In this document: positions 22,506-32,369 of the stretch, in pieces
How the letters are laid out: the number at the start of each line of letters is the position of its first letter
Numbering within the stretch: position 1 is the first letter of the stretch
Assembly: GCA_963717145.1 (NCBI GenBank)
Contig: OY970325.1
Coordinates: forward strand, 4,576,001-4,640,000
Length of the DNA stretch: 64,000 nt
DNA from: an uncultured Armatimonadetes bacterium
Lineage (GTDB): Bacteria; Armatimonadota; UBA5829; DTJY01
Direction: 5' to 3'
Program-made: the position numbers and the translations under genes
Notes under the pieces: model-generated
The model's input: only the letters and a program-made list of their open reading frames with translations
What the model was told of the DNA's origin: nothing
The model's database searches: none

Positions 22506-23603
22506 ATGCTCGAAAGCCTCGAGGTTGCCGGGAGCAGCCGAATTCTCATAGTAAAGCTCAGCTCGATCGGCGATGTCATCATGGCCACGCCCGTCGCCAA
22601 GGCGCTCAGGGCCGCCTTCCCGAACGCCCACATCTCATGGGTGGTCGAATCCAGGGCGCGTGATATCCTCCTGGACAATCCATATCTCGATGAGGTTATC
22701 GTCTGGGAACGGCCGCCCTTCGCAGGCCGGAATCCCCGGGACTGGGTGACCATGACGGGCAGTCTCAGGGCGCTTGGCCGGGAACTGCGCAAGCGGGAAT
22801 TCGACATTGCTATCGACCTGCAGGGACTCCTGCGCAGCGCCCTCATCGCCAAACTGTCCCACGCCCGGCATATCCTTGGCTATGAAAACGGCAGGGAAGG
22901 CAGCCCGTGGTTCTACACCGATCGCTTCCCCGCGAGCCAGAACTCACGCGGCCCGCAGATCTATCTGGATATGCTCCAACTCCTCGGGATCAACTGCACG
23001 GATCTCGATATGCACATCCCGGTCGGCGACGACGACCGCGCCTATGTCCGCGACCTGATCGACCGGGAGTCCGCTCGATGTCTCCCCGGGCGCAGGTATG
23101 TGGTGGCTCTGGCGCCGGCGACCACCTGGCCGCAGAAGCACTGGACCGTGGAGGGTTGGGCTGGGCTTGCCGACAGCCTGATCGACCGGTACAACGCGCT
23201 CCCGGTTCTCCTCGGAGCGCCGGTGGACTCTGAGTTGATCGGTCAGATCCACGCTCTGATGCGTCACAGGGCAGGGGGCCTGGTGGGTAAGACCACGCTC
23301 AAGCAGGCGGCGGCGGCCCTCGAGCTGTCCGATCTTGTGGTGTGCGTAGACACCGGCATGCTGCACATTTCCGCCGCGCTCGGCCGTCCGTCCGTCGGTA
23401 TCTTCGGGCCCACCGGCTGGCAGCATCTTATCAGCGGCGAAAACGTGTCCGTGGTGGCCAAGGACCTGCCGTGCATGCCGTGCATGAGGCATCCCACGTG
23501 CACGGAGTACGACTGCATGAAGGCGATCACTCCTGAAGACATCCTTGAGGCGGGCCGACAATGGCTGGGCGATGCGCGTCAGGTAGCCAGAGAAACGAGT
23601 TGA
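22506..23603 (+). CDS. GT9 LPS heptosyltransferase (WaaC/WaaF-like)
   Basis: KLSSIGDV, IDLQGLLRS, DTGMLHISAA, IFGPT. Confidence 0.9.
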   Translation: MLESLEVAGSSRILIVKLSSIGDVIMATPVAKALRAAFPNAHISWVVESRARDILLDNPYLDEVIVWERPPFAGRNPRDWVTMTGSLRALGRELRKREFDIAIDLQGLLRSALIAKLSHARHILGYENGREGSPWFYTDRFPASQNSRGPQIYLDMLQLLGINCTDLDMHIPVGDDDRAYVRDLIDRESARCLPGRRYVVALAPATTWPQKHWTVEGWAGLADSLIDRYNALPVLLGAPVDSELIGQIHALMRHRAGGLVGKTTLKQAAAALELSDLVVCVDTGMLHISAALGRPSVGIFGPTGWQHLISGENVSVVAKDLPCMPCMRHPTCTEYDCMKAITPEDILEAGRQWLGDARQVARETS

Positions 23604-23610
23604 GCTAGAG

Positions 23611-25848
23611 ATGAGTCGCAGCAAGAGAATATACTTTCTGGCATATTATTCGCCGCACACAAAGCTGTGCCGCCAGATGAAGCGCAGCTTGCCAGAAGAT
23701 GTCAGAGGCGACCTGAAACTCGTGTACGCGCTCACTCCACTGAGCCTCTGCTGCAGCTCGACCCCGCCGGATGGTGTTCCCGAGGAATTCTTCGACCAGA
23801 TGATAGTTCCGTACGTCAGCATGAAGACTCTGCGGGAGCCGAAACTCGATACGCCGGCCTGGCGCGCCAGGATTCGCCGCCGAGCCATTCAGTGGTACCG
23901 GTTCTTCCTCAGGGAACTGAAAGACGTGGACTTGCTGGTCATGTGGAGTGGGTTTCCCGTCCCCCTGGCGGCCGCAGCAGCGGCGGCAAAGCAACTGGGC
24001 AAGCGAGTCGCTTTCTGCGAAAACGGCGTACTGCCGGGAACAATCGCCATTGACCCGGTGGGGGTCAACTACCGATGCTCCCTGACCGGGAAAGAAGCCG
24101 ATTTCTACGAGTCCTTTCCGTATGATGAGGCCGCAGCCGAGAAGCTGTTCGCGACCGTTTGGCCTCAACGCCCTCTTCATACCGCCGGATTGCGCCAGGG
24201 GAATGTTGTCGGCGATGAGAACACGCCGTTACCCGCGAACTATGTCCTCTACGCGATGCAGGTCAACGATGACAGTCAGATACGGCTGTTCTCGCCGCGC
24301 TTCCGCAACATGGAGGAATCGGTAACGTACACGTATCGGCAGTTGCAGGAGTACAACCGACACGCCAAGGAGCCTCTGACCCTCGTGGTGAAGGAGCATC
24401 CGTCTGATTTCGGACGCGTCGATTACAGCCGCCTTCGGGCGTCGATGCCCGATGCAGTGTTCCTGCGGAGTACGCCCATACGCGACCTGATAAAGCATGC
24501 GAAACTGGTCATTGCGATCAACTCCTCTGTTGCGGTGGAAGCCCTGTTCTCCAATCTGCCTGTCCTGACGCTGGGCCAGGCGTTCTACAATGTGAAGGGA
24601 CTTGTGCGTCATCTCGAAGCCGATGAGGAACTGGCCGACATCCTGCCGACTCTCCTCTCGGACCCGATAGACTACCGACTGCGAAAGCACTTCCTCTGTT
24701 TCATGTGGGAGCACTATCTTGTTCTGCATCCGGGCAAGCATGCTATCGGCATAGTCAAAGCACGAGAACGGCTGATGGATATGCTGGAGGATCGCCTTGC
24801 CTGGTACCCCGGAGGCGGGCGGAAGGGCAGCCAGTTGCCTGGAAAGCCATTGCACATAGCCTGCTTTCACCTCAACCAGATCGGGGATCTGCTTTTCTCC
24901 CTGCCTGCCCTCTACAATCTCCGAGCGCGGTACCCCAAGGTGCACATCACGGGCATCACCCGGCCTGCATGTAAGGACTTGCTGCTCCTATCCGGCATGG
25001 TGGATGACGTTATAGAACGGCCGGGCGGATCGCTGATCGACTCAGTAAGGCTCGGTCTGCAGATTCGGCGCAAGCCGTTCGACCTCATGCTTCTCTTCTC
25101 CACCTCCCCTTCCGCATGGATCGTGGGCCATCTCTCCGGCTCCAAGGTCAAGGCCGGATTCGATCACGATATCCCCGGGATCGGACTCCAGTGCCGCGTG
25201 CCGTGGTCTTTCCCGGCGTCCACCGAGAACAACCTGCGGATGATAGAGGCAATCGGATCCCCGGTGGCGAAGAGGGACTACGTAGGGCTGATTTCCCCCG
25301 GCGACGCCGAGCTTTCCGAAGCGGACCGGCTCCTCGACTCCGTCGGTGTGCCGGAAGGAGAGCCGATCGCCGTTCTATCACCGGCCACGTCGAGAGGGCG
25401 CGAGATCAAGCGTTGGCCGGACAAGTGCTGTGCGGAGGTCGCCGATGCCCTGAAGGAGCAGTTCGGACTGACTCCGGTCATCGTCGGGATGCAGGGCGAT
25501 GCGGACGGCATCTCTGGAACCAGTCGGCACGCTCGCGATATCACCGGCCGGACATCACTACCGGTCCTGGCCGGAGTCATCGCGAGGTCCCGCATGATGA
25601 TCGGTACGGACTCCGGCGTGATGCACCTGGCCGGCGCGGTCGGCGTCCCGGTGATCGCGCTCTTTGGCCCGACCGATCATGCGATTACCGGTCCGCAGGG
25701 AGTGCATCGGATCGTGCGCCTCGACTTGCCGTGCGCTCCATGCCGGGCCAACAAGTGCGGCATAGGGCGTCCGTGCATGGAAGGTATCACGCCCGAGATG
25801 GTGATCCGGGCGGTCAGGGACTTGGGAGAGGACTGCCGTGCGGATTGA
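23611..25848 (+). CDS. Fusion: KpsS/KpsC-like (GT107) domain plus GT9 heptosyltransferase
   Basis: N-half ENG…DPVGVN, QVNDDSQI, KEHP, INSSVAVEA; C-half NQIGDL, DSGVMHLA, LFGPT. Confidence 0.8.
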   Translation: MSRSKRIYFLAYYSPHTKLCRQMKRSLPEDVRGDLKLVYALTPLSLCCSSTPPDGVPEEFFDQMIVPYVSMKTLREPKLDTPAWRARIRRRAIQWYRFFLRELKDVDLLVMWSGFPVPLAAAAAAAKQLGKRVAFCENGVLPGTIAIDPVGVNYRCSLTGKEADFYESFPYDEAAAEKLFATVWPQRPLHTAGLRQGNVVGDENTPLPANYVLYAMQVNDDSQIRLFSPRFRNMEESVTYTYRQLQEYNRHAKEPLTLVVKEHPSDFGRVDYSRLRASMPDAVFLRSTPIRDLIKHAKLVIAINSSVAVEALFSNLPVLTLGQAFYNVKGLVRHLEADEELADILPTLLSDPIDYRLRKHFLCFMWEHYLVLHPGKHAIGIVKARERLMDMLEDRLAWYPGGGRKGSQLPGKPLHIACFHLNQIGDLLFSLPALYNLRARYPKVHITGITRPACKDLLLLSGMVDDVIERPGGSLIDSVRLGLQIRRKPFDLMLLFSTSPSAWIVGHLSGSKVKAGFDHDIPGIGLQCRVPWSFPASTENNLRMIEAIGSPVAKRDYVGLISPGDAELSEADRLLDSVGVPEGEPIAVLSPATSRGREIKRWPDKCCAEVADALKEQFGLTPVIVGMQGDADGISGTSRHARDITGRTSLPVLAGVIARSRMMIGTDSGVMHLAGAVGVPVIALFGPTDHAITGPQGVHRIVRLDLPCAPCRANKCGIGRPCMEGITPEMVIRAVRDLGEDCRAD

Positions 25849-26533
25849 ATGGCCCTTCGGACGCAGAGCCTACAAGAGCCGAGCTTTCAGACAGCCGCGG
25901 ATCTGGTCGAACCGCGTGCTCCGGACGATCTCGCCTCTCTTCACAGGCAGCGTCATCAATGTGAGCGCGTGGCAGGACGAGGACAAAGAAGGCGGCAGGT
26001 ATGTCGATTACTTCACCAGTGCGTCCGGGTACTCAATCTCCAACTACACGGGCGACTGTGGGGCCACCGGCCGCGCGGATGAAGTCATCCTCGACCTCAG
26101 CCGGGACCTTCCGGATGGCCTTCGACGCGGGTTCGATGTCGTGTTCAACCACACGACTCTCGAACACATCTATGATGTGCGCAAGGCATTCTCGAATCTC
26201 TGCGATATGAGCCGCGATGTCGTCATCGTGGTCGTTCCCTTCATGCAGCCGAGCCACATCACCTCATCCTACGAGGACTATTGGCGCTTCACCCCTCAGG
26301 CGCTCAGAAAGATGTTCGCCGAGCAGGGCCTGACGGTTGTCTTCGAAAGCTCGAATCATCCGACGCACACCGGCGTCTACGTTCTGACAGTGGCCGCCAG
26401 AGACCCCGAGAAGTGGCGGGAGAAGTTACCGCCGAGCCGGGTATGCGATGACGATCTCGGCTGCCATGTCTTCCAAGCGACGCACCTGTGGAGACGGTTG
26501 AGCAACCGTATCATGCGTCGGCAAGGAAGCTGA
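25838..26533 (+). CDS. SAM-dependent methyltransferase-like protein
   Basis: FDVVFNHTTLEH, VPF…H…DYWRFT. Confidence 0.7.
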   Translation: MRIEWPFGRRAYKSRAFRQPRIWSNRVLRTISPLFTGSVINVSAWQDEDKEGGRYVDYFTSASGYSISNYTGDCGATGRADEVILDLSRDLPDGLRRGFDVVFNHTTLEHIYDVRKAFSNLCDMSRDVVIVVVPFMQPSHITSSYEDYWRFTPQALRKMFAEQGLTVVFESSNHPTHTGVYVLTVAARDPEKWREKLPPSRVCDDDLGCHVFQATHLWRRLSNRIMRRQGS

Positions 26534-26539
26534 TCCACT

Positions 26540-27760
26540 GTGAGGCTCATCTACGCGAACCCGAACCCCATGCCCTCCTCCAGTCCGCCGTCGTTGCAGG
26601 TGATCCATACGGTCGCCGCGATGGCGAGCCGCGCCGAAGTGCACCTCATCGCTCAACGGGGCACGGATCTGCGGGCCGGGGACGATGCGAGGGAGGCGGT
26701 GGCGTCGTACTACGGTATTGATGTCCCGGGCGGACTCCACCTTCATCTGATGAGGGGCTTCGACTACAGACTCGGCGGGGTGCGCCTGTTCTGGAATCTT
26801 CCCTTCAACGCCCGAGTCGCCGCGACCATCCTCGGAATCATGCGATCGTCCCAGCCCGCCGATGCGATACTCGTGCGAAATCTCAGGCTGGCCGAGTTCC
26901 TGCTTCGACACCGGGGGTTGCTCAAGCTCCCACGGGTAGTCTTCGAGACGCATGAGCTGTTCGTGCTTTCCTACCAGGATGAACTGCAGAGGGCCGGCGA
27001 GCAGCGCCCCGAGAAGCTCGCCCGTCTCGGAGATCTCGAACGCTACGTCTATGAGCATGCCGATGGTCTCATCTGTATCACCTCGCATCTGGACTCCATG
27101 ATCCGCGAGCGGTATGGCATCGACAGACCGACACTGATCGCACCCGACGGAGTGAACCTCGATGCGTTCGCTCGATCGCCCGATCGACCGTCGAGGTCCG
27201 ATCGGCCTCCCACGGTGCTTTACCTCGGCAGCCTGCACCGATGGAAGGGAGTGGACGTTCTGCTCGGCGCGGTCGAGCGGCTGCCCGGGGTGCACGCGAG
27301 GATCGTCGGAGGCACGGATGAGACCATCGGTCGGTATACGGACCTCGCCCGGAAGCTCGGCATCGAAGGCCGAGTCCATTTCGAGGGATATGTTCAGCCC
27401 TCAGACAGGTCCCGGCACATGGCCGATGCAGACGTGTTCGTCTTGCCGCTCAAGCCCACAAGCATCGGCAGCTACTTCACCTCGCCGCTCAAACTTTTCG
27501 AGTATATGGCCTCAGGTCGCCCGATCGTCGCATCGAACCTCCCCGCGATTCGTGAGGTATTGGAGGATGGCGTCAACGCGTTGCTCGTTCAGAGCGATGA
27601 TCCTGACGCGCTGGCGGAGGGTATCCGGACGGTCTTGGAGAACCCTGCCTTGGGAGAGCGCCTTGCTTCTCGGGCATCAGAGGATGTGAAGAGCTACACC
27701 TGGGATCGGCGGGCGCAATCAATCTTGGATTTCATCGGCGGCAACTCGATCTCGAGATGA
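26540..27760 (+). CDS. GT4 glycosyltransferase
   Basis: YLGSLHRWKG, SPLKLFEYMASGRP. Confidence 0.92.
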   Translation: MRLIYANPNPMPSSSPPSLQVIHTVAAMASRAEVHLIAQRGTDLRAGDDAREAVASYYGIDVPGGLHLHLMRGFDYRLGGVRLFWNLPFNARVAATILGIMRSSQPADAILVRNLRLAEFLLRHRGLLKLPRVVFETHELFVLSYQDELQRAGEQRPEKLARLGDLERYVYEHADGLICITSHLDSMIRERYGIDRPTLIAPDGVNLDAFARSPDRPSRSDRPPTVLYLGSLHRWKGVDVLLGAVERLPGVHARIVGGTDETIGRYTDLARKLGIEGRVHFEGYVQPSDRSRHMADADVFVLPLKPTSIGSYFTSPLKLFEYMASGRPIVASNLPAIREVLEDGVNALLVQSDDPDALAEGIRTVLENPALGERLASRASEDVKSYTWDRRAQSILDFIGGNSISR

Positions 27761-28923
27761 CCGCACTGTCTGAAAGGAAAGTATCCATGCGCCCGTTGGT
27801 CATTCTGCATACCGAATCATCCACCGGGTGGGGCGGACAGGAGATCCGGATCATCACCGAGTCCGTCGGGATGATGAAGCGCGGCCACCGGGTACTGATC
27901 GCGTGCCGTCCGGGCGCCAAGATCGCCAGACGCGCTCGGGAACAGGGGATCGAGACCTTCATCATGTCGCTCGGCGGCGCCTTCGACATCGTCGGTATCC
28001 GTCGAATGCGGTCATTCCTCCGCCGGCACAACGTCGATATCGTCAACACGCACAGCTCGAAGGACAGTTGGTGCGGAGGATTCGCGGCCAAGTTCTCAGG
28101 GACTGTGAAAGTCATCCGCACCCGTCACCTGTCGATACCGGTCAAGAGGAGCTTCGAGTCGAGACTGCTCTACGGGTCGCTGCCGGACGCGGTCGTGACC
28201 ACCGGCGAGTCCCTCAGGCAGCACATCATCGAGCGCGTGGATCTCGATCCCGACCGGGCGGTCTCGATTCCCACAGGCATAGACCTCGTCCGCTTCGACC
28301 CCGATGTGGTGAGCGGCGACGGTTTTCGCGCGGAGTGCCGGGCTCAGGACACGACGCCGCTGATCGGCTGTGTGGGCATGCTTCGGCACATGAAGGGACA
28401 CATATACCTGGTCGAGTCTGCGGTCGAGGTGCTCCAGGAGTATCCGCAGGCGAGGTTCGTTCTCGTTGGCGATATACCCTCCGCCAGTACGCTGAAGGAG
28501 CGCCTGAGCAGTCGCGCCGCCGAACTCGGGATCACCGACCGTTTCTACATGGCCGGCTACCGGGACGACATACCTCAGGTCATGGCGGGCCTCGATGTCT
28601 TCGTGCTGCCGTCGATCAGCTATGAAGGCGTTCCCCAGGCGATCAACCAGGCGATGGCGATGCGGCGGCCGGTCGTTGCGACTGATGTTGGCGCAGTGAG
28701 CGAGCAGGTCATCAACGGCCAGACGGGAATCCTGGTCGAAAAGGCGGATGGGCATCAGCTCGCGCAGGGGATATTGACGCTGCTGAAGAATCCCGATGCC
28801 GCCGCTCGCATGGGTGACAACGGACGCCGGTTGGTCGAGGAGCGCTTCTCCCTGGAGGGCATGCTCGACGCGACAGAGCAGCTCTACGGGAGACTGATGG
28901 CGGAGGGGGTGGGGAATGGTTGA
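27757..28923 (+). CDS. GT4 glycosyltransferase
   Basis: GWGGQE, VNTHSSKD, KGH, EGVPQAINQAMA. Confidence 0.92.
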   Translation: MTALSERKVSMRPLVILHTESSTGWGGQEIRIITESVGMMKRGHRVLIACRPGAKIARRAREQGIETFIMSLGGAFDIVGIRRMRSFLRRHNVDIVNTHSSKDSWCGGFAAKFSGTVKVIRTRHLSIPVKRSFESRLLYGSLPDAVVTTGESLRQHIIERVDLDPDRAVSIPTGIDLVRFDPDVVSGDGFRAECRAQDTTPLIGCVGMLRHMKGHIYLVESAVEVLQEYPQARFVLVGDIPSASTLKERLSSRAAELGITDRFYMAGYRDDIPQVMAGLDVFVLPSISYEGVPQAINQAMAMRRPVVATDVGAVSEQVINGQTGILVEKADGHQLAQGILTLLKNPDAAARMGDNGRRLVEERFSLEGMLDATEQLYGRLMAEGVGNG

Positions 28924-28998
28924 TGGTTCATGGCTGATGGTCAATGGGGACAACCCTCCCATCCGCCATTAACCATCAACCATGAACCATCAACCATG
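28916..28998. repeat. Heptamer (ATGGTTG/CAACCAT) fold-back repeat
   Basis: atggttgatggttcatggctgatgg … ccattaaccatcaaccatgaaccatcaaccat. Confidence 0.85.
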
Positions 28999-30180
28999 TC
29001 CCTGAATGTCGCCATAGTCGTGGAGAGGCTGCACACTCATGGAGGGGTCGAGCGCCGGACTTCCGAGCTGGTGAGAGGCCTGCTTGACGCAGGGCACGAG
29101 GTCCATGTCTATGCCCACCGCTGGGACTCGGACCTGGGGCTCGATGTCGAGTTTCATAGGATACCGATGCTTCCGCTCAGCAGGTCGATGAAGGCGTTGA
29201 GCTTCGCCTGGTTCTGCGGACGGAGAGTGCGGGGGCATGACCTGGTGCATACCCAGGCGCGGATCTTCCGGTGTGATGTGGCAACGCTTGGGGTCGGCTG
29301 CCACCGAGCATACCTCGAAAAAATGGAAAAAACGGGGACAGGCACGATTTTCCCCAGCACAGGTATGCCTGCAAGCAAGCTCAGCTTGGGGAAAATCGTG
29401 CCTGTCCCCGTTTTTTCGGCGTTCGACAGGGCGATACTGCGCATCGAGCAGAGCATGTTGACGCCCGGTTACTACCGCCGCATCATCACGAATTCGGCGA
29501 TGTGCAAGCGCGAGATCGCCGAGTACTACGGCGTCCCGGCCAAGGATGTCACGGTCGTCCACAACGGCGTCGATCATGCGACGTTCTCGCCGTCGATGCG
29601 GGCCGAGCGTCGAGTAAGTGCGAGGAGCGCCCTCGGCCTCATGCCGGACGACGTGGCGGTCCTGTACGTCGGGACCGGCTTCGACCGCAAGGGACTTGAT
29701 ACGCTGATCGGATCGCTCGGAATCCTGAAGCCTCGGAATGCCAGACTCATCGTCGTGGGCAGCGGGGATACCGAACGCTTCGGTCGGCTGGCGGAGGACT
29801 GCGGGGTAGGGGATCGGCTGATCTGGGCCGGCAAGTCCGACGATGTGGCGGGTTACTATGCTGCCGCCGACGTATTCGCCCTGCCGACGAGGTACGATCC
29901 GTTCGCCAACTCGACCATGGAGGCGCTGGCATCGGGCGTTCCGGTGGTCACGACCCGTTCGAACGGCGTTTCGGAGATCCTCCAGGACGGCTGCGACGCA
30001 TACGTCATCGATGCGAACGACCCGGAAGCGCTTGCCGAACGCCTCGGCCTCCTGATCGGGGACGAAGGACTGCGCGAGCGAATCGGTAAAGCTGGGTGCA
30101 GGGCCGCCGAGCCGTTCACGTGGGAGCGCACGACCCGGGAGACCATGGCCGTGTACGAAGGGCTGGGAAGTCGCCAGTGA
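28996..30180 (+). CDS. GT4 glycosyltransferase (WaaG-like) with an in-frame palindromic insertion
   Basis: GGVER, GTGFDRKG, YDPFANSTMEALASG. Confidence 0.9.
   Translation: MSLNVAIVVERLHTHGGVERRTSELVRGLLDAGHEVHVYAHRWDSDLGLDVEFHRIPMLPLSRSMKALSFAWFCGRRVRGHDLVHTQARIFRCDVATLGVGCHRAYLEKMEKTGTGTIFPSTGMPASKLSLGKIVPVPVFSAFDRAILRIEQSMLTPGYYRRIITNSAMCKREIAEYYGVPAKDVTVVHNGVDHATFSPSMRAERRVSARSALGLMPDDVAVLYVGTGFDRKGLDTLIGSLGILKPRNARLIVVGSGDTERFGRLAEDCGVGDRLIWAGKSDDVAGYYAAADVFALPTRYDPFANSTMEALASGVPVVTTRSNGVSEILQDGCDAYVIDANDPEALAERLGLLIGDEGLRERIGKAGCRAAEPFTWERTTRETMAVYEGLGSRQ
29326..29417. repeat. GGGGACAGGCAC-family palindrome inside the GT4 gene
   Basis: 31-bp perfect arms gaaaaaacggggacaggcacgattttcccca / tggggaaaatcgtgcctgtccccgttttttc. 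Confidence 0.9.
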
Positions 30181-30249
30181 TCAGTGATCAGTGATCAGTT
30201 ATCAGTCGGGAATCAGAACCGATCACCGATCACCGATCACTGATTACTG
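30175..30249. repeat. Heptamer (CAGTGAT/ATCACCG) fold-back repeat
   Basis: cagtgatcagtgatcagtgatcagttatcag … ccgatcaccgatcaccgatcactgattactg. Confidence 0.85.
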
Positions 30250-30265
30250 CCCTTGAGAGTTTCAC

Positions 30266-31030
30266 ATGCCAACCATTTCCGTAGCCATCATCACTAAGAA
30301 TGAGGAAGCCAACATCCGCCGGTGTCTGGAGTCGGTCAAATGGGCGGATGAGTCTGTCGTCGTCGACTGCGGGAGCACTGACGGCACGCTCGACATATGT
30401 CGGGAGTACGGCTGCCGGATCATCGAGCGCGAGTGGGAGGGCTATGCCGGGCAGAAGAACTTCGCCATCGCTCAGGTCACCGGCGACTGGATCCTCAGCC
30501 TCGATGCCGACGAGGAGGTCACGCCGGAACTCGCCCGGGAGATGCAGGCCGCGGTCGAATCGGGCAGCGCGGACGCGTACGACATGCCGAGGCTCAGCCG
30601 GTTCCTGGGCAGGTGGATGCGTCACGGCGGATGGTATCCCGACCGCCAGCTCAGGTTGCTCAGGCGCGGGTCCGGCAGCTTCAAGATCGTGCCCGTTCAC
30701 GAGCATATCGTGCTGAATGACGGCATGACCCTGGGACGACTTCGGAGCGTGCTGCTGCACTACACCTACCCTGAGGTGAAGGACTTTGTTCGAAAATCCG
30801 ACCTGTACACTGACATAGAGGTCGAAGCCCGAATCGCGGCGAACAGGATTCCGAAGCAGTTGACCCTTGCGCTATTGACCGCCTTCCCGAGGAAATTCGC
30901 CGAGGTCTATCTCTACAAGCAGGGATGGCGCGACGGGATGCATGGCCTGGTAGCCGCGACTCTTGTGTCATCGCGCGTATACATGCGGACCGCCAAGCTC
31001 TGGGCGCGTACCATGAAAGAATCGGAATGA
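30266..31030 (+). CDS. GT2 glycosyltransferase (WaaE/KdtX-like)
   Basis: ITKNEE, DCGSTDGT, LDADE, GWYPD, VHE. Confidence 0.92.
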   Translation: MPTISVAIITKNEEANIRRCLESVKWADESVVVDCGSTDGTLDICREYGCRIIEREWEGYAGQKNFAIAQVTGDWILSLDADEEVTPELAREMQAAVESGSADAYDMPRLSRFLGRWMRHGGWYPDRQLRLLRRGSGSFKIVPVHEHIVLNDGMTLGRLRSVLLHYTYPEVKDFVRKSDLYTDIEVEARIAANRIPKQLTLALLTAFPRKFAEVYLYKQGWRDGMHGLVAATLVSSRVYMRTAKLWARTMKESE

Positions 31031-31042
31031 GATGCCACTTAG

Positions 31043-31097
31043 CCTGTAGCCTAGCCCTTTATGGGCGTCAGACGGGGACAAGCCCCTAGGCTACAGG
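31043..31097. repeat. Degenerate GTAG REP doublet
   Basis: cctgtagcctag … ctaggctacagg. Confidence 0.6.
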
Positions 31098-31116
31098 TGT
31101 GATGCAGGAACACCAT

Positions 31117-32070
31117 ATGCCATCGAAGTATGAAGAGATCGACCTGTCCGGACTGAGGACGACAAGCATAACAGAGCGCAAGAGCACGGTGAGCATCGAC
31201 CGGTTCGCGACACCGGCCGATGCGGGACGGAGCGCACGTGAACTGCTCGATTCGATGCCCGACATCCTTGCCGGGCGCACGATCCGGCGACTGGCGGCCG
31301 CCATCGCCGATGCGCGCCGTGCGGGAAAGCCGGTGATCGTCGCGATAGGCGGGCACGTGATCAAGTGCGGGCTCGCCCCGGTGTTGGGCGACCTGATGCG
31401 CCGGCGTGTGATCACTGGAATCGCCGGCAACGGCGCGGTCGCCATTCACGATGCTGAGATCGCGCTCTTCGGCCAGACCTCTGAGGATGTGGGCGCCACG
31501 CTGGCTGAGGGGACTTTCGGGATGGCCCGCGAGACCGCCGAGTTCATCAACTCAGCAGCGACCGAGGCCCGCGACGGGGGGTTCGGCTTTGGCGAGTCGA
31601 TCGGCCGGAAGCTGGTCGAGTGCAACTCGCCGCACGCCGATCTCAGCCTGATCGCAACTGCCTACTCACTCGATCTGCCGGTCACCATTCACGTCGCGAT
31701 GGGCACCGATATCGCACACATGCACCCGGAGGCCGACGGCGCGGCTTATGGTGACGCCAGCCTTCGGGACTTCCGCATCTTCACTGCGGCCATGAAGGAC
31801 ATGGGCGGCGGTGGGGTGCTGCTCAACATAGGCTCAGCCGTCGTTCTCCCCGAGGTGGCGCTCAAGGCGGTCTCGGTCCTGTGCAACCTGGGATACGACC
31901 TCACAGGCATTGTGGGCGCGAACATGGATTTCATTCAGCAGTATCGCTCGACTCAGCAGATCGTCAGCCGGCTCGAACTGGTGGGTGGAACGGGGATGAG
32001 CCTGATCGGGCATCACGAGATCATGGTTCCGCTGCTCGCCCACGCAGTGCTGGAGGAGATGAACAGCTGA
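31117..32070 (+). CDS. Conserved hypothetical protein, deoxyhypusine-synthase-like fold suspected
   Basis: GGHVIKCG, NGAVAIHD, FGMARET, GSAVVLPEV, GHHEIM; host codon use. Confidence 0.75.
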   Translation: MPSKYEEIDLSGLRTTSITERKSTVSIDRFATPADAGRSARELLDSMPDILAGRTIRRLAAAIADARRAGKPVIVAIGGHVIKCGLAPVLGDLMRRRVITGIAGNGAVAIHDAEIALFGQTSEDVGATLAEGTFGMARETAEFINSAATEARDGGFGFGESIGRKLVECNSPHADLSLIATAYSLDLPVTIHVAMGTDIAHMHPEADGAAYGDASLRDFRIFTAAMKDMGGGGVLLNIGSAVVLPEVALKAVSVLCNLGYDLTGIVGANMDFIQQYRSTQQIVSRLELVGGTGMSLIGHHEIMVPLLAHAVLEEMNS

Positions 32071-32110
32071 GGGCGTAATGAGTGTTCAGTGGATTGGTTG
32101 CGGGGAGTCC

Positions 32111-32229
32111 CCACCGTCAGTCCTGAGTTCGCCGGTGAATGACGGCGTGTAACGAAGGACGGCTCGGTGCAGCAAGGCCGTCCTTCGTTACACGCCGTCA
32201 TTCACCGGCGAACTCAGGACTGACGGTGG
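32111..32229. repeat. MITE-like perfect hairpin (53-bp stem)
   Basis: ccaccgtcagtcctgagttcgccggtgaatgacggcgtgtaacgaaggacggc and its reverse complement; 117 nt identical to 37915-38031. Confidence 0.95.
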
Positions 32230-32369
32230 TTTCTGACGGAAGCCACTGCATGCAGTGCAGTCACTGCTCAGAATGACAGATTGCCCTGAGGTGTTTCGGG
32301 ATTTCCGTTCGCAGACTCACTCAAATCCCGAAACACCGCGCTCGTTGTACCTGACCCGAGGAGTCAACC

